DNA from: Ahrensia sp.
GTDB taxonomy: Bacteria > Pseudomonadota > Alphaproteobacteria > Rhizobiales > Rhizobiaceae
Length of the DNA stretch: 64,000 nt
Direction: 5' to 3'
Assembly (NCBI GenBank): GCA_034519905.1
Contig: JAXHNY010000020.1
Span: forward strand, 5,498 to 69,497
Shown here: one piece after another, positions 45,877 through 56,033 of the stretch
How positions within the stretch are numbered: the first letter of the stretch is position 1
How the letters are laid out: each line of letters starts with the position of its first letter
Position numbers and translations under genes: made by a program
Notes under the pieces: generated by a model
Seen by the model: the letters and a program-made list of their open reading frames with translations, nothing else
Told to the model about the DNA's origin: nothing
Databases searched by the model: none

Positions 45877-45965
45877 GATATTCTCCAAATGTTTTGAAAA
45901 ACTCTATTCCGCATAGGTCTATCTGACGCAAGTCCACTTCAGAATAAAATAAACTTAGCGCCCAT

Positions 45966-46652
45966 TTAAAACGGGCATGGGCAGCTAAATTCGACAAATT
46001 GATTTGTCGTTGGCAGGCGAAATTTCAGCCAATTTGCATGCAGCATCATGCGCGGTTCGCCTGCGTCGCGCGCGCCGTAAAAACGATCACCCACAATCGG
46101 GTGGCCGCAGACTTTTAGGTGCACGCGCAATTGATGCGTGCGGCCAGTGAGCGGCGTAAGCTCAAGCCGCGTCATATTATTTAAGCGCTCAAGCACCCGC
46201 CACTTGGTTTGGCTTGGTCGTCCTGTCTCAAAGCATACCATTTGCTTGGGCAAATTATCTTTGTCACTGGTCAGCGGCAGATCAATTTCGCCCTCATCAC
46301 CCGAAACTATACCTTCCACCAATGCGACATAGGTTTTTTGCGCGCGCTTTTGTTCAAATTGGCGGCCAAGATGGCGCTTTGCCTGGTCGGTAAGAGACAC
46401 GACCATAATGCCAGACGTATCCATGTCGAGGCGGTGCACGATTGTAGCCGTTGGAAAATCGATATGCAGGCGCGAGGCCAAACAATCATTTTGCGCAGCA
46501 AATTTTGCCGGCACCGAGAGCAAACCTTCTGGCTTATCGACGATTAAAATACTCTCATCACGATATATGAGTTCAATAGGATCAGCTGGTGGCGCATACA
46601 CCATCACGGGCGGAAGACGCGTATCGCGAAAAAGTTCTGGATCTGGAGTCAT
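45966..46652 (-). CDS. RluA-family pseudouridine synthase
   Basis: VDKPEGLLSVP, HRLDMDTSG, TGRTHQLRVH, GHPIVGD. Confidence 0.92.
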   Translation of the reverse strand: MTPDPELFRDTRLPPVMVYAPPADPIELIYRDESILIVDKPEGLLSVPAKFAAQNDCLASRLHIDFPTATIVHRLDMDTSGIMVVSLTDQAKRHLGRQFEQKRAQKTYVALVEGIVSGDEGEIDLPLTSDKDNLPKQMVCFETGRPSQTKWRVLERLNNMTRLELTPLTGRTHQLRVHLKVCGHPIVGDRFYGARDAGEPRMMLHANWLKFRLPTTNQFVEFSCPCPF

Positions 46653-46815
46653 AGCGCGTTTTACCGCAAATTGAATTTCCGTCCATCCAAATTCGCGCGC
46701 TTTTTTTCCGAAGTCGAGCAGACGATCAGCGACGGCCACCCTTCCAAACTTCTGCGTGGATTAGACGAGCCATCATTTCTCGTGCGCCTGTCTCCCTGGC
46801 TTTAGCGGGACGTTC

Positions 46816-48435
46816 TCAAGAAAAAGCGTCGGGCACCGAATCCTTTTTGCGCTTGATAAATTCTTCAAGCGCTTCCCGCGTGCCTTCATCCATAGCAGGG
46901 GCTTGATGCTCGTTGATCCAACGCCGAGCAGTTTCGCGCGCGCGCTCGGGTGCATGTTTGGCACCTTCCGCTTCCCATTGCTCAAAAGAATTATTATCGC
47001 CAATGGTCGAGGCGAAAAACGCTTCCTTATAATTGTTTTGTGTGTGCTCTGTACCAAGGTAATGCGTTTGTTTTTTCTCGATAATTTCGCGGATCGCGCT
47101 CATCGCTTGGCCATTTTCGTCGACAGCAACGCCTTGCGCCATTTTCTGCAATCCGGCCAGCTGGTCGCAATCCATTACAAATTTATCAAACGATGACACA
47201 AGTCCGCCCTCCAGCCAACCTGCCGCATGAAGCGAGAAGTTGACACCGCCCATCAGTGTCGCATTAAGCGTATTAGCGCTGTCGTAGGCTGCCTGTGCGT
47301 CGGGCGTTTTTGAACCCGTCAATGCACCGCCCGAACGGTATGGCAGATTGTATTTTCGCGCAAATTGCGCTGCGCCATAAAGCACTTGGCTTGGCTCAGG
47401 CGTGCCGAATGCTGGTGCGCCCGTTTGCATAGAGATGGATGTTGCAAACGTGCCAAAAATCACCGGTGCGCCCTTGCGGCAAAGCTGCGTGAACGCGATC
47501 GCCGACGTGGCTTCCGCCAGAACCTGCGTCAAAGTTCCAGCCACGGTGACTGGGCTCATCGCACCGCCAACGATGAAGGGAGAAATGATGCACGCCTGCC
47601 CAGCCCGCGCATAGACCTTGAGCGCGCCCAGCATCGTGTCATCCATCACCAAGGGTGAGTTGCAGTTGATCAACGATGTCACAACGCAGTTATTGTCGAC
47701 AAAATCAGCACCAAACAGAATTTTCGACATTTCGACCGTATCGGCAGCACGGTCTGGCGCCGTGACAGAACCCATATAAGGTTTGTCTGAAAGCGTCATA
47801 TGCGCCATCACCATATCAAGATGGCGCTTATTGACCGCAATGTCTGATGGTTCGCAAATCGTGCCGCCCGAATGGTGCATCGCTGGTGCCATATAGGCCA
47901 TTTTGACCAGGTTTTGAAAATCTTCGATCGTCCCATATCGACGCTCGCCATCGAGACCGCGCACAAAAGGAGGCCCATAAACCGGGGCGAAAACCAAATT
48001 ATTTCCGCCAATTTCGACGTTGCGCTCGGCGTTACGGGCATGCTGTGTAAATTGCGACGGCGCGGTTTTCATCAATTCTCGGCAAAGGCCAACGGGAAAG
48101 TGCACGCGCGCCCCTCTCACATCAGCGCCTGCTTCTTTCCACATGGCTAATGCTTCCGCATCGTCGCGAAACTCAATGCCGATTTCTTCAAGCACAATAT
48201 CCGCGTTCCGCTCGATGATTTCCATCGCTTCAGCATCAATAATATCGAAGGTCGAGATCTTTCGGCGGATATAGGGCATATGAAGTACAGGCGCATTCGC
48301 ACGTGCGGCACGCCTTCCAGATGCACCGCCCCCTGCACCGCGGCGGCGTCCGCGGCCCTCAGTTTCACTTCGCGTTTCTTCTCCAGCCACCATCAAAGCA
48401 GCTGTTTCAGCGTCCAAACCATTTTCGTCAATCAT
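46816..48435 (-). CDS. trimethylamine-methyltransferase (MttB) family protein, non-pyrrolysine (MtgB-like)
   Basis: LEEIGIEF, APVYGPPF, HHSGGTICEP, NSPL, GAMSPVT.AG, GAPAFGTPE, DAQAAY, HAAGWLEGG; no in-frame TAG. Confidence 0.9.
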   Translation of the reverse strand: MIDENGLDAETAALMVAGEETRSETEGRGRRRGAGGGASGRRAARANAPVLHMPYIRRKISTFDIIDAEAMEIIERNADIVLEEIGIEFRDDAEALAMWKEAGADVRGARVHFPVGLCRELMKTAPSQFTQHARNAERNVEIGGNNLVFAPVYGPPFVRGLDGERRYGTIEDFQNLVKMAYMAPAMHHSGGTICEPSDIAVNKRHLDMVMAHMTLSDKPYMGSVTAPDRAADTVEMSKILFGADFVDNNCVVTSLINCNSPLVMDDTMLGALKVYARAGQACIISPFIVGGAMSPVTVAGTLTQVLAEATSAIAFTQLCRKGAPVIFGTFATSISMQTGAPAFGTPEPSQVLYGAAQFARKYNLPYRSGGALTGSKTPDAQAAYDSANTLNATLMGGVNFSLHAAGWLEGGLVSSFDKFVMDCDQLAGLQKMAQGVAVDENGQAMSAIREIIEKKQTHYLGTEHTQNNYKEAFFASTIGDNNSFEQWEAEGAKHAPERARETARRWINEHQAPAMDEGTREALEEFIKRKKDSVPDAFS

Positions 48436-48557
48436 AAGCAGCTCACCATTCAACGTCGCAACCAAGCAGGCGCATACACACTATATGCAAGATATGCACA
48501 AAATGTTGCCCACTTTACCTACGCCGCGCAATAGTCACCGCGCGACATTTTACTTGA

Positions 48558-48591
48558 CATAATCACATAAACATTTCTTTATGTGATTATG
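48558..48591. promoter_or_regulatory. perfect 14-bp inverted repeat operator overlapping a TTGACA -35 element
   Basis: CATAATCACATAAA-catttc-TTTATGTGATTATG between divergent mttB and corrinoid genes. Confidence 0.7.
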
Positions 48592-48604
48592 AATTACAGG
48601 GGCT

Positions 48605-48632
48605 TTGTCGCGTTCATTTTATCTTAAGTCGC
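48605..48632 (+). promoter_or_regulatory. direct repeat TTGTCGC-N14-AAGTCGC, candidate GlxA/AraC-type site
   Basis: GTCGC cores 21 bp apart; identical architecture at 53952. Confidence 0.5.
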
Positions 48633-48700
48633 TGTTGTAGTGATTTAATGAGTGTGTAACGCGCTATCTTGGTATAAAGTTGTGTTTGTGGAGATCTATA

Positions 48701-49402
48701 ATGGCCGATGACGACGAAATCATCTTGAGCGAATTGAGCGACGATGAGCTTGTGCAGCAAATGCATGACGATTTGTACGACGGCCTCAAAGAAGAGATTA
48801 CCGAGGCAACGAACATTTTAATCGAGCGTGGCTGGACACCTTATGATGTCCTCACCAAAGCCCTCGTCGAAGGCATGCGCATCGTCGGCGAAGATTTTCG
48901 CGATGGTATTTTGTTTGTTCCTGAAGTGTTGCTGTCGGCCAATGCGATGAAAGCCGGAATGTTTATTCTTCGTCCATTGCTTGTCGAAACCGGTGCGCCA
49001 AAACTTGGAAAAATGGTGATTGGCACGGTCAAAGGCGACATCCATGACATCGGGAAAAATCTGGTCGGCATGATGATGGAAGGTGCTGGCTTCGATGTCA
49101 TCGATCTTGGCATCAACAATCCGGTTGAAAATTATCTTGACGCTATCGAAAGAGAACAGCCAGACATCATCGGCATGTCGGCTCTTTTGACGACCACAAT
49201 GCCCTATATGAAGGTGGTTATCGACACGCTTATCGAAAAAGGCATGCGCGAGGATTTTATCGTGCTGGTTGGCGGCGCGCCGCTTAATGACGAGTTTGGC
49301 AAAGCAATTGGCGCTGATGCCTATTGCCGAGACGCAGCCGTGGCAGTGGAAACCGCGAAAGAATATATGAAGCGCAAACACAACCAAATGGCCAACGCTT
49401 GA
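48701..49402 (+). CDS. stand-alone corrinoid (B12-binding) protein
   Basis: Cap domain (FVPEVLLSANAM), GTVKGDIHDIGKNLV DxHxxG motif, SALLTTT, VGGAP. Confidence 0.94.
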   Translation: MADDDEIILSELSDDELVQQMHDDLYDGLKEEITEATNILIERGWTPYDVLTKALVEGMRIVGEDFRDGILFVPEVLLSANAMKAGMFILRPLLVETGAPKLGKMVIGTVKGDIHDIGKNLVGMMMEGAGFDVIDLGINNPVENYLDAIEREQPDIIGMSALLTTTMPYMKVVIDTLIEKGMREDFIVLVGGAPLNDEFGKAIGADAYCRDAAVAVETAKEYMKRKHNQMANA

Positions 49403-49487
49403 ATGATGGCTTGATAAATCGCGGAAGCGTAAGCGGGCAATGGCGCGAGTCTTGATTTTTAGAGCTTAAAAGGCCTATGCATTCGCC

Positions 49488-50985
49488 ATGGTGAGGCTAT
49501 TTAACCCAGTAAATTCAAAAGCACGCGATGCAATTAAATTAATCATCGTATTTACTTTGGTTAAAGTCGTTGTTGCGTTCTTTTTTCCCGCGACCATTGA
49601 CGAAGCTTACGCCATCGTTGTGTCACGGCAATGGTCGCTGTCCTATTTCGATCACCCACCACTTAGTTTTACCATTGCACGTTTGATGGCTTGGTTGACT
49701 GGCACCGAGGCTATATTCTTTGCAAGGCTTCCCTTTATATTGATGGGAGCTGCATCTGCATGGCTTATTTATCTCATTACCAAAAAGATATACGATGACA
49801 CATCGGCCATCTGGGCATTGATCTGGTTTCTGATTGCGCCGTTCTTCTTCATCTCAGCAGGGCATTTCGTTGTGCCTGATGGCCCGCTCAATTTGGCCTT
49901 GCTACTCTCATTTTATTGCCTTTTGCCATTACTGCTCAAACAACAACCCGGATCGAACTGGCGGCCATGGTTAGGGTTTGGCCTATTTTTGGCGATCGCA
50001 CTGCTCGCAAAATATCAAGCGGTGCTTTTTGGGCTAAGCATACTTATTTTCCTCACCACCACGCCTTTTGGCCGAAGCCAACTGGCGACGATTCCGCCAT
50101 GGATTGCTGCGGGTATTTGTATCCTTGGCCTTCTACCCGTATTAGTTTGGAATATGCAAAACGACTTTATTTCCTTTTCTTTTCAATCGGCGCGCGCTGG
50201 AAATGAAACGGGTTTGCAACCCTTAAACTTCTTGATCACGATGCTGGGCCAAGCTGTCTACCTTTTACCAATCACCTTCATCTTGGCACTCGGGTTAAGC
50301 GCAAAACGTCTGCGCCCCACAAAAAGTCCCGCTGAAGCTGCCCTTTCTTGGCTGGTTCTTTTACCATTTACAATTTTCGCAATAATCGCTCTTGTTTCAA
50401 GCAAATCACTACCCCATTGGCCCATGAGCGGTTTTTTATCTCGCGTTTCCATTGGTTGGAAATTGGTGCGCAAAAAATAAGCCGAGGTTGCAAAAACTCC
50501 TCACAAAAACTGCAAATCTCTCCGCTGTTGGTCTAACGGTGCTCGCCATTAGTGTAGCGTTACAATTTAATTTTAGCGCGCTAACACGCCCGTTTGCCTC
50601 TGAAAAAACATTTCTGGATGCCAGTTGGACGGATGGACCTATAAATTCAATCGCAAATAATCCCGATATTAGGAACAAAACCAAATCGGTATTTGTGCGC
50701 AATTGGGCGCGTGGCGCAAAACTTGGTCACGCCTTCGGTCCGCATGTCGAAATCAACTCCTTAAGTGATCCACGTCATTTCCAATTCCAGACCATGACGC
50801 AACCAGAATCGCAATACTTGATCGATTTTATCGCACCTGACCATCAGGAACGGGCCCAAGAAATTTTGGCAACAATTGCGAAAAATAGCGGCCTTAAAAT
50901 TACCGGCGAAACAACAATTTTAGCAGAAAAAGCTGGCAGCATTGTGCGTTTTTATATTGCCATTGTCCCCGTCGAACGAAATTAG
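49488..50985 (+). CDS. GT-C fold glycosyltransferase (ArnT/PMT-like), frameshift near 50440
   Basis: DEAY, SYFDHPPL, PDGPL, LAKY, WN...F.SF.FQ, HW motif; multi-TM. Confidence 0.82.
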
Positions 50986-51079
50986 ACACGATGTTTTCAA
51001 GTCGTGGAGTCCTCCTTGAAACAAATAAATTTTCGGTGATTTCTTGCTTTCGTTCGTCGCGTCCGCTACTCTCCTTGTG

Positions 51080-51295
51080 ATGAAAAAAGAGCTTCAATTA
51101 TCCCCCGAACATATCAGCGAGATCGTGCAAATGGCACTGTCCGATCACATCAGTTTTGCCGATATCGAAATGCAATTTGGTTTAAATGCAGATCAAGTCA
51201 AAGCGCTGATGCGCTCAAACCTGAAGTCTGGGAGCTACCGCGCTTGGCGCAAGCGCGTGCGCACATTTAGTGATCGGCGCGAACACTATAAGTGA
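51080..51295 (+). CDS. TIGR03643/DUF2805-like small protein
   Basis: I..MA.SD..SF..I..QFGL....V..LMR..LK..SY..WRKRV pattern. Confidence 0.75.
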   Translation: MKKELQLSPEHISEIVQMALSDHISFADIEMQFGLNADQVKALMRSNLKSGSYRAWRKRVRTFSDRREHYK

Positions 51296-51316
51296 AGCAT
51301 ATCACAAAGCGGCAAT

Positions 51317-52408
51317 TTAAACATCCCGCCACGTCACCAATTTGGTAACCGCATAATTAAATACCGCGTTCATGACAGCACCCACAAATCCTGCGATGGC
51401 CGTCGATTGGTTAAACGCCAAAATATTGACTGCGATAGACACATTTGCCAGAGCGCCAATACTGCACACCGCATAGAACGTTAAAAGTCCGAACCAAAAA
51501 CGCTCACCTTTCAGCTTTCGGTGTGCATAGGTAATCTGGTTATTGAGAAGAAAATTCGATGTCATGGCGAAAAACGCAGCCACCAGTTGCGCCGCAGCAA
51601 AATTGATACCAAATCCATTTGTGAGCGAAAATAGGGTGGCCATATGAACGCCCAGTCCGGTAAATCCGACCAAGGCATAAAGCAAAAAACGCATTGGCAC
51701 GATGCCGCCCGTCAACCGAGAAACCAGCAACCCAAGAAATTGGATTGTCACCAGTGCGCCGAGTTTGCTCTCTCCCTCCACGCGTTCTTTGAAGCGAAAG
51801 GGCACTTCAGCAATTTTTAAATCATCACCATACCGACTAACAATATCAAATAGAATTTTAAAACCATCGTGTGATACACTCGTGGCAGCTTTATCGGCAG
51901 CATGCCGCGTCATCATAAAAAATCCACTCATCGGATCCGAAGTGTGATTTCCGGTGATAAAGTTCGCCATCTTAGTCGCAAGTTCGCTGCCCTTAGCGCG
52001 GCTTTTTTGCTGAAATCCCGACACGTGGTTTCCGCCCGCGGCATAACGCGAGCCGATCACCAAATCAGCACCATTTTTAATTTCAGCCATCATAATTGGC
52101 AGCCGTGTTTCATCATGTTGCATGTCTGCATCCATGATCGCGACAACCGGCGCGCTGGCAGCCATCATCCCCTCAACACAAGCGCCCGATAAACCGCGCC
52201 TTCCGATGCGGCGAATACAGCGCACATGAGGATTATTGGCAGCCAGCGCCCGCGTCACTTCCGAAGTGCCATCGGGACTATCATCATCAACCACTATTAT
52301 CTCGTGGGCTATTGTCCCCATCGCTATCGCAATCTTTTTGACGATCACGGGGATGTTGCCCGCCTCATTGAAGGTTGGCAGCACAATTGTTAATTCGGGT
52401 GCTATCAT
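51317..52408 (-). CDS. GT2 polyprenol-phosphate glycosyltransferase fused to a GtrA domain
   Basis: PTFNEAGNI, VDDDSPDGT, MDADMQHD, GSRY, DPMSGFF, GESKL; C-terminal four-TM GtrA (NFLLNN..TY). Confidence 0.88.
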   Translation of the reverse strand: MIAPELTIVLPTFNEAGNIPVIVKKIAIAMGTIAHEIIVVDDDSPDGTSEVTRALAANNPHVRCIRRIGRRGLSGACVEGMMAASAPVVAIMDADMQHDETRLPIMMAEIKNGADLVIGSRYAAGGNHVSGFQQKSRAKGSELATKMANFITGNHTSDPMSGFFMMTRHAADKAATSVSHDGFKILFDIVSRYGDDLKIAEVPFRFKERVEGESKLGALVTIQFLGLLVSRLTGGIVPMRFLLYALVGFTGLGVHMATLFSLTNGFGINFAAAQLVAAFFAMTSNFLLNNQITYAHRKLKGERFWFGLLTFYAVCSIGALANVSIAVNILAFNQSTAIAGFVGAVMNAVFNYAVTKLVTWRDV

Positions 52409-52561
52409 ATCATCTCATTTGCTTCGCCAGCACTTAGTTGATTAAATATCCGCTGAGCACGTGACGATATCGGAGTTTATTCCAGCTAGCGGTTCAAGTC
52501 AAAATTTGGTTTAGATACGACGGGTTTTACACATCATAGAAAACTATGGGAAACTGTATCC

Positions 52562-53179
52562 TTGAGGCAGATTTCGCAAAAATACCAGACAAAGACAACA
52601 CGTGTGATTGCCTGCGGTGCGATTGCACACGAGGTGATGGCTGTGTGTCAGCAAAATGGCCTCAATCACATAGACCTTCAATGCCTACCGGCAATTTGGC
52701 ACGTACACCCTGAAAAAATCGCCCCTGAACTGCGAAAAAAAATAACCGAAGCCCGCGCGGAGGGCTTTGAAAACATTTTGATCGGCTATGGCGAGTGCGG
52801 CACTAAAGGTGAAATCGACAAAATCTGCGCGCAAGAAGGCATTGAGCGCTTGCCCGGACCGCATTGCTACGCTTTTTTCTCAGGAACTGAAGCATTTTTG
52901 GCGCAGTGTGAATTCGAGTTTACGTCATTTTATCTGACCGATTTGATAACACGCCAGTTTGAAGCCTTTATCATCGAACCGCTCAAGCTGGATAAACACC
53001 CCGAATTGCGGGAGATGGTTTTTGGCAATTACGAGAAGCTGATCTATTTGGCGCAGACAAATGACAGCGGGTTAGACGAAAAAGCGCAGTGGGCTGCCAA
53101 CTATCTTGGACTTGCCTATGAGCGACGATTTACCGGCTATGGTGACCTTGTTAAATCGCTACAAAAAACCCAGATGTGA
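52562..53179 (+). CDS. DUF1638-family protein
   Basis: IACGAIA.E, LPA..H..P, GYGECGT, PHCY.FF, FYLTD motifs. Confidence 0.8.
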   Translation: MRQISQKYQTKTTRVIACGAIAHEVMAVCQQNGLNHIDLQCLPAIWHVHPEKIAPELRKKITEARAEGFENILIGYGECGTKGEIDKICAQEGIERLPGPHCYAFFSGTEAFLAQCEFEFTSFYLTDLITRQFEAFIIEPLKLDKHPELREMVFGNYEKLIYLAQTNDSGLDEKAQWAANYLGLAYERRFTGYGDLVKSLQKTQM

Positions 53180-53294
53180 AAAGAGGTAGTAAAGTAAACG
53201 AATTGGTTGGGTTTGTAGGTTACTAATTCGCTCAAAGATTTATTTGATCTAAATTTAACGCAAGGCAGCAATGTTTCACAAATCGAATAACGAA

Positions 53295-53926
53295 ATGCAT
53301 CAGTTTGATGGGAGCAGCTACAAGCCGCGACCATTGTCCGCTGTATTTCAAGAACTTGTGGAACGAGAAGGCACTGAAAATATTTCCATTGGTTGCATCC
53401 GTTCTGCTCTCGCAGACCGCTCGTTTGCAACGCTCGCTCATCATAACGTCGCTTGCTCAACATTTTGCCATTTCCACCAGGCTCCACCGTTATTTTGGGC
53501 ATTCCGATCGTGATCGTTGCTTGGCAAATGGTGATCGGCCGGCAAACCGTTTGGTTGCCGGAATTTTTCCTAAAACGTTCATTGTCAAAAACTGCATTTG
53601 ATAAAATGGCGACGAAATTGATCCCATTTGTTCAAAGATTGGAAGCGTGGATAAAACCCCGAAATTGGCCGTTTGCGAATGCGAAAAGTGCAGAGAAAAT
53701 CATCGGCATTTGGGCAGTGGTGCTGGGCATCGCCGTCATATTGCCGGTACCGCTCGGCAACTGGTTTCCAGCCATATCATGCGCAGTCTGCGGTGCGGCA
53801 CTTTCTGAGCGCGATGGAATTCTTTTGGCTATTGGGGTGGTCATGGGCATAGCATCAATTATCATCTTGATTGCGATGGCGGCTGCCATCTTTTTTGGGT
53901 TCAGCTGGGCAATTTCTGGGCTCTAA
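53295..53926 (+). CDS. ExoD-family membrane protein, frameshift near 53440
   Basis: L.DRSF, P.PPG...ILGIP, QM..GR...WLP, LPVPLGN.FPA, ERDG. Confidence 0.8.
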
Positions 53927-53951
53927 ATAGCTTTTGAAACGCCTTCGCACA

Positions 53952-53979
53952 TTGTCGCTTTTTGATCGCGTCAAGTCGC
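53952..53979 (+). promoter_or_regulatory. direct repeat TTGTCGC-N14-AAGTCGC, candidate GlxA/AraC-type site
   Basis: About 60 bp upstream of the operon starting at 54039; matches 48605-48632. Confidence 0.5.
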
Positions 53980-54038
53980 CCTATAACAAGCCTACCAAAA
54001 ATTTTTCATAGAACTTCAAACAGTGTGAGGAAATACCA

Positions 54039-54341
54039 GTGGCTGACAAAATAATCGTATATTGGCGCGACATTCCGGCCCAAGTGATCGTAAAAGCGGG
54101 GCGGCGCAATGTGGCAAAACGCGAGCTCAGTCTACGGTTTACAGAAGCCATAGACATGTGCGCCATGCGGGTCGGCGCACGCGACAGCGATGCCTATCTA
54201 GCCGAATGGCGCAAATCTGATCCTGTTACCGTCGGTGATGACTTGGAAGCCGAAGCGCAAGCTGCCGCTGACGCGCTCGAGGCGGCCTATAACAAAGAGC
54301 GGCTCGTCGCTCTCGTCAAAGGCGACGGCACAGAAAGCTAG
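54039..54341 (+). CDS. 'virulence factor' (CvfC-like) domain small protein
   Basis: YWRDIPAQV, RF.EAID..AM, DAYLAEWR motifs; GAGG RBS. Confidence 0.8.
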   Translation: MADKIIVYWRDIPAQVIVKAGRRNVAKRELSLRFTEAIDMCAMRVGARDSDAYLAEWRKSDPVTVGDDLEAEAQAAADALEAAYNKERLVALVKGDGTES

Positions 54342-54348
54342 GCTGACC

Positions 54349-54876
54349 ATGCAAAACGGGGAGACCCAAACGTCGAAATTGAATTCCACTGTGCGCGGCA
54401 AACGCCAGTTCACAATTCGGCTATGGGTTATTCGTAACGCCCGTTTTTTCGAGTGGTTCTATGAGAAATTTGCAAGCGTATTTTTGTTTCTCCATCCGGT
54501 CTGGAAAGCTGTTGGTTATCAACGCGTTGAAAAACCAATGGCTTTTGTTGAACGCCAAGTGAAAGGCTTACTCTTTGATTGCCAGATGTGCGGCAGTTGT
54601 GCGCTGTCTTCCACCGGCATGTCCTGCTCCATGAACTGTCCAAAACAATTGCGCAACGGTCCCTGCGGTGGCGTTCGCGCGAATGGCAACTGCGAAGTTG
54701 AACCGGACATGCCTTGTGTTTGGGTCAAGGCATGGGAAGGCGCTAGCAGAATGAGCCGCGGTCAAATCAAGATGATGGATGTGCAAAAACCGGTTGATCA
54801 ATCCTTACGCAATACTTCATCTTGGCTCCGTGTAACGGCAAAAGCGGCCAAAGAAAGCGAAGGCGCAAACCTATGA
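54349..54876 (+). CDS. methylenetetrahydrofolate reductase C-terminal-domain (MetV-like) Cys-rich protein
   Basis: FDCQMCGSC, CSMNCPKQLRNGPCGG, CEV....CVW. Confidence 0.88.
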   Translation: MQNGETQTSKLNSTVRGKRQFTIRLWVIRNARFFEWFYEKFASVFLFLHPVWKAVGYQRVEKPMAFVERQVKGLLFDCQMCGSCALSSTGMSCSMNCPKQLRNGPCGGVRANGNCEVEPDMPCVWVKAWEGASRMSRGQIKMMDVQKPVDQSLRNTSSWLRVTAKAAKESEGANL

Positions 54877-55981
54877 GTGCGCCTGCCGACATCAATCCGC
54901 ATGACATCAATGTAAATGACGTCAGTGCACCTCTTGATCCGCTACCGGGCCATTCATCCCGTGGGCGCTTAGAACGGGTCTTGCGGCGCGGTGAATTTGC
55001 CGTGACGGCTGAGCTGAACCCGCCAGACAGCGCAGACCCCAATGAGGTCTATGAACGCGCCGCCATTTTCGATGGCTGGGTTGACGGGATTAACGCCGTC
55101 GATGCATCAGGCGCCAATTGTCATATGGCGTCAACCGCCATTTGTGCGCTTTTAACCCGCATGGGCTATGCGCCCATCCTCCAAATTTCGTGCCGCGACA
55201 GAAATCGTATCGCCATTCAAGGCGATATTTTGGGCGCATCGGCGATGGGCGTGCAAAATATACTGTGCTTGACAGGAGATGGCGTACAGGCTGGCGACCA
55301 GCCGGGCGCAAAGCCGGTGTTTGATCTTGATTGCATGAGCTTGCTCGAAACGGCACGCACAATGCGCGATGAGAGCAAATTTTTGTCAGGCCGTAAAATC
55401 ACCTATCCGCCCAATGTCTTTTTGGGCGCGGCGATTAACCCGTTTGCGCCGCCCTATGACTTCAGGCCCTTGCGTTTGAAGAAAAAAATTGAAGCCGGCG
55501 CGCAATTTGTCCAAAGTCAATACTGCTATGATGTGCCCATGTTTCGCGCGTATATGAACCGCGTTGTGGATATGGGCCTCCATGAAAAGTGTTACATTTT
55601 GCCGGCGTTGGCCTACTTGCGTCGGCGAAAACCGCGCGTTGGATGCGCTCGAACGTACCGGGCGTGCATATTCCTGACAGCGTGATCTTGAGGCTAGAAG
55701 GCGCAGAAAATCAAAAAGCCGAGGGCAAGCAGCTTTGCATCGACATCATGCAGGAAGTTAAAGAAATTAAAGGTGTATCCGGTGTCCACGTGATGGCCTA
55801 CCGCCAAGAGGAGTTTGTGGCTGAAATTGTGCATGATTCCGGTGTTTTAAAAGGGCGACAACCTTGGAAGCGCGAATCGATCGGTAACGCCGCTGCTATG
55901 ACTAAGCGCATGGAAATTTTAGGCCAAAGCGCCCCACAAAACCCAGAAATGCTTGCCAAAAAAGCAGCATCACACCCTTGA
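54873..55981 (+). CDS. metF: methylenetetrahydrofolate reductase, frameshift near 55600
   Basis: TAELNPP, CRDRNRIAIQGD, LCLTGD, KIEAGAQF.Q.Q, PGVHIPD, GVHVMA. Confidence 0.88.
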
Positions 55982-55997
55982 ATTAAGATATATAACG

Positions 55998-56017
55998 ATA
56001 TAAGCAAGTCTTTATAT
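55998..56017. promoter_or_regulatory. palindromic operator, SahR/SamR-like
   Basis: ATATAAgcaagtcTTTATAT just upstream of the pterin-binding methyltransferase gene. Confidence 0.5.
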
Positions 56018-56033
56018 CATAGGGAAATTGAGC

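Noticed and set aside
37859-48435. Selenocysteine in FDH or pyrrolysine in MttB
   Set aside because: The FDH ligand is Cys (CTRLCH) and the MttB ORF has no in-frame TAG.
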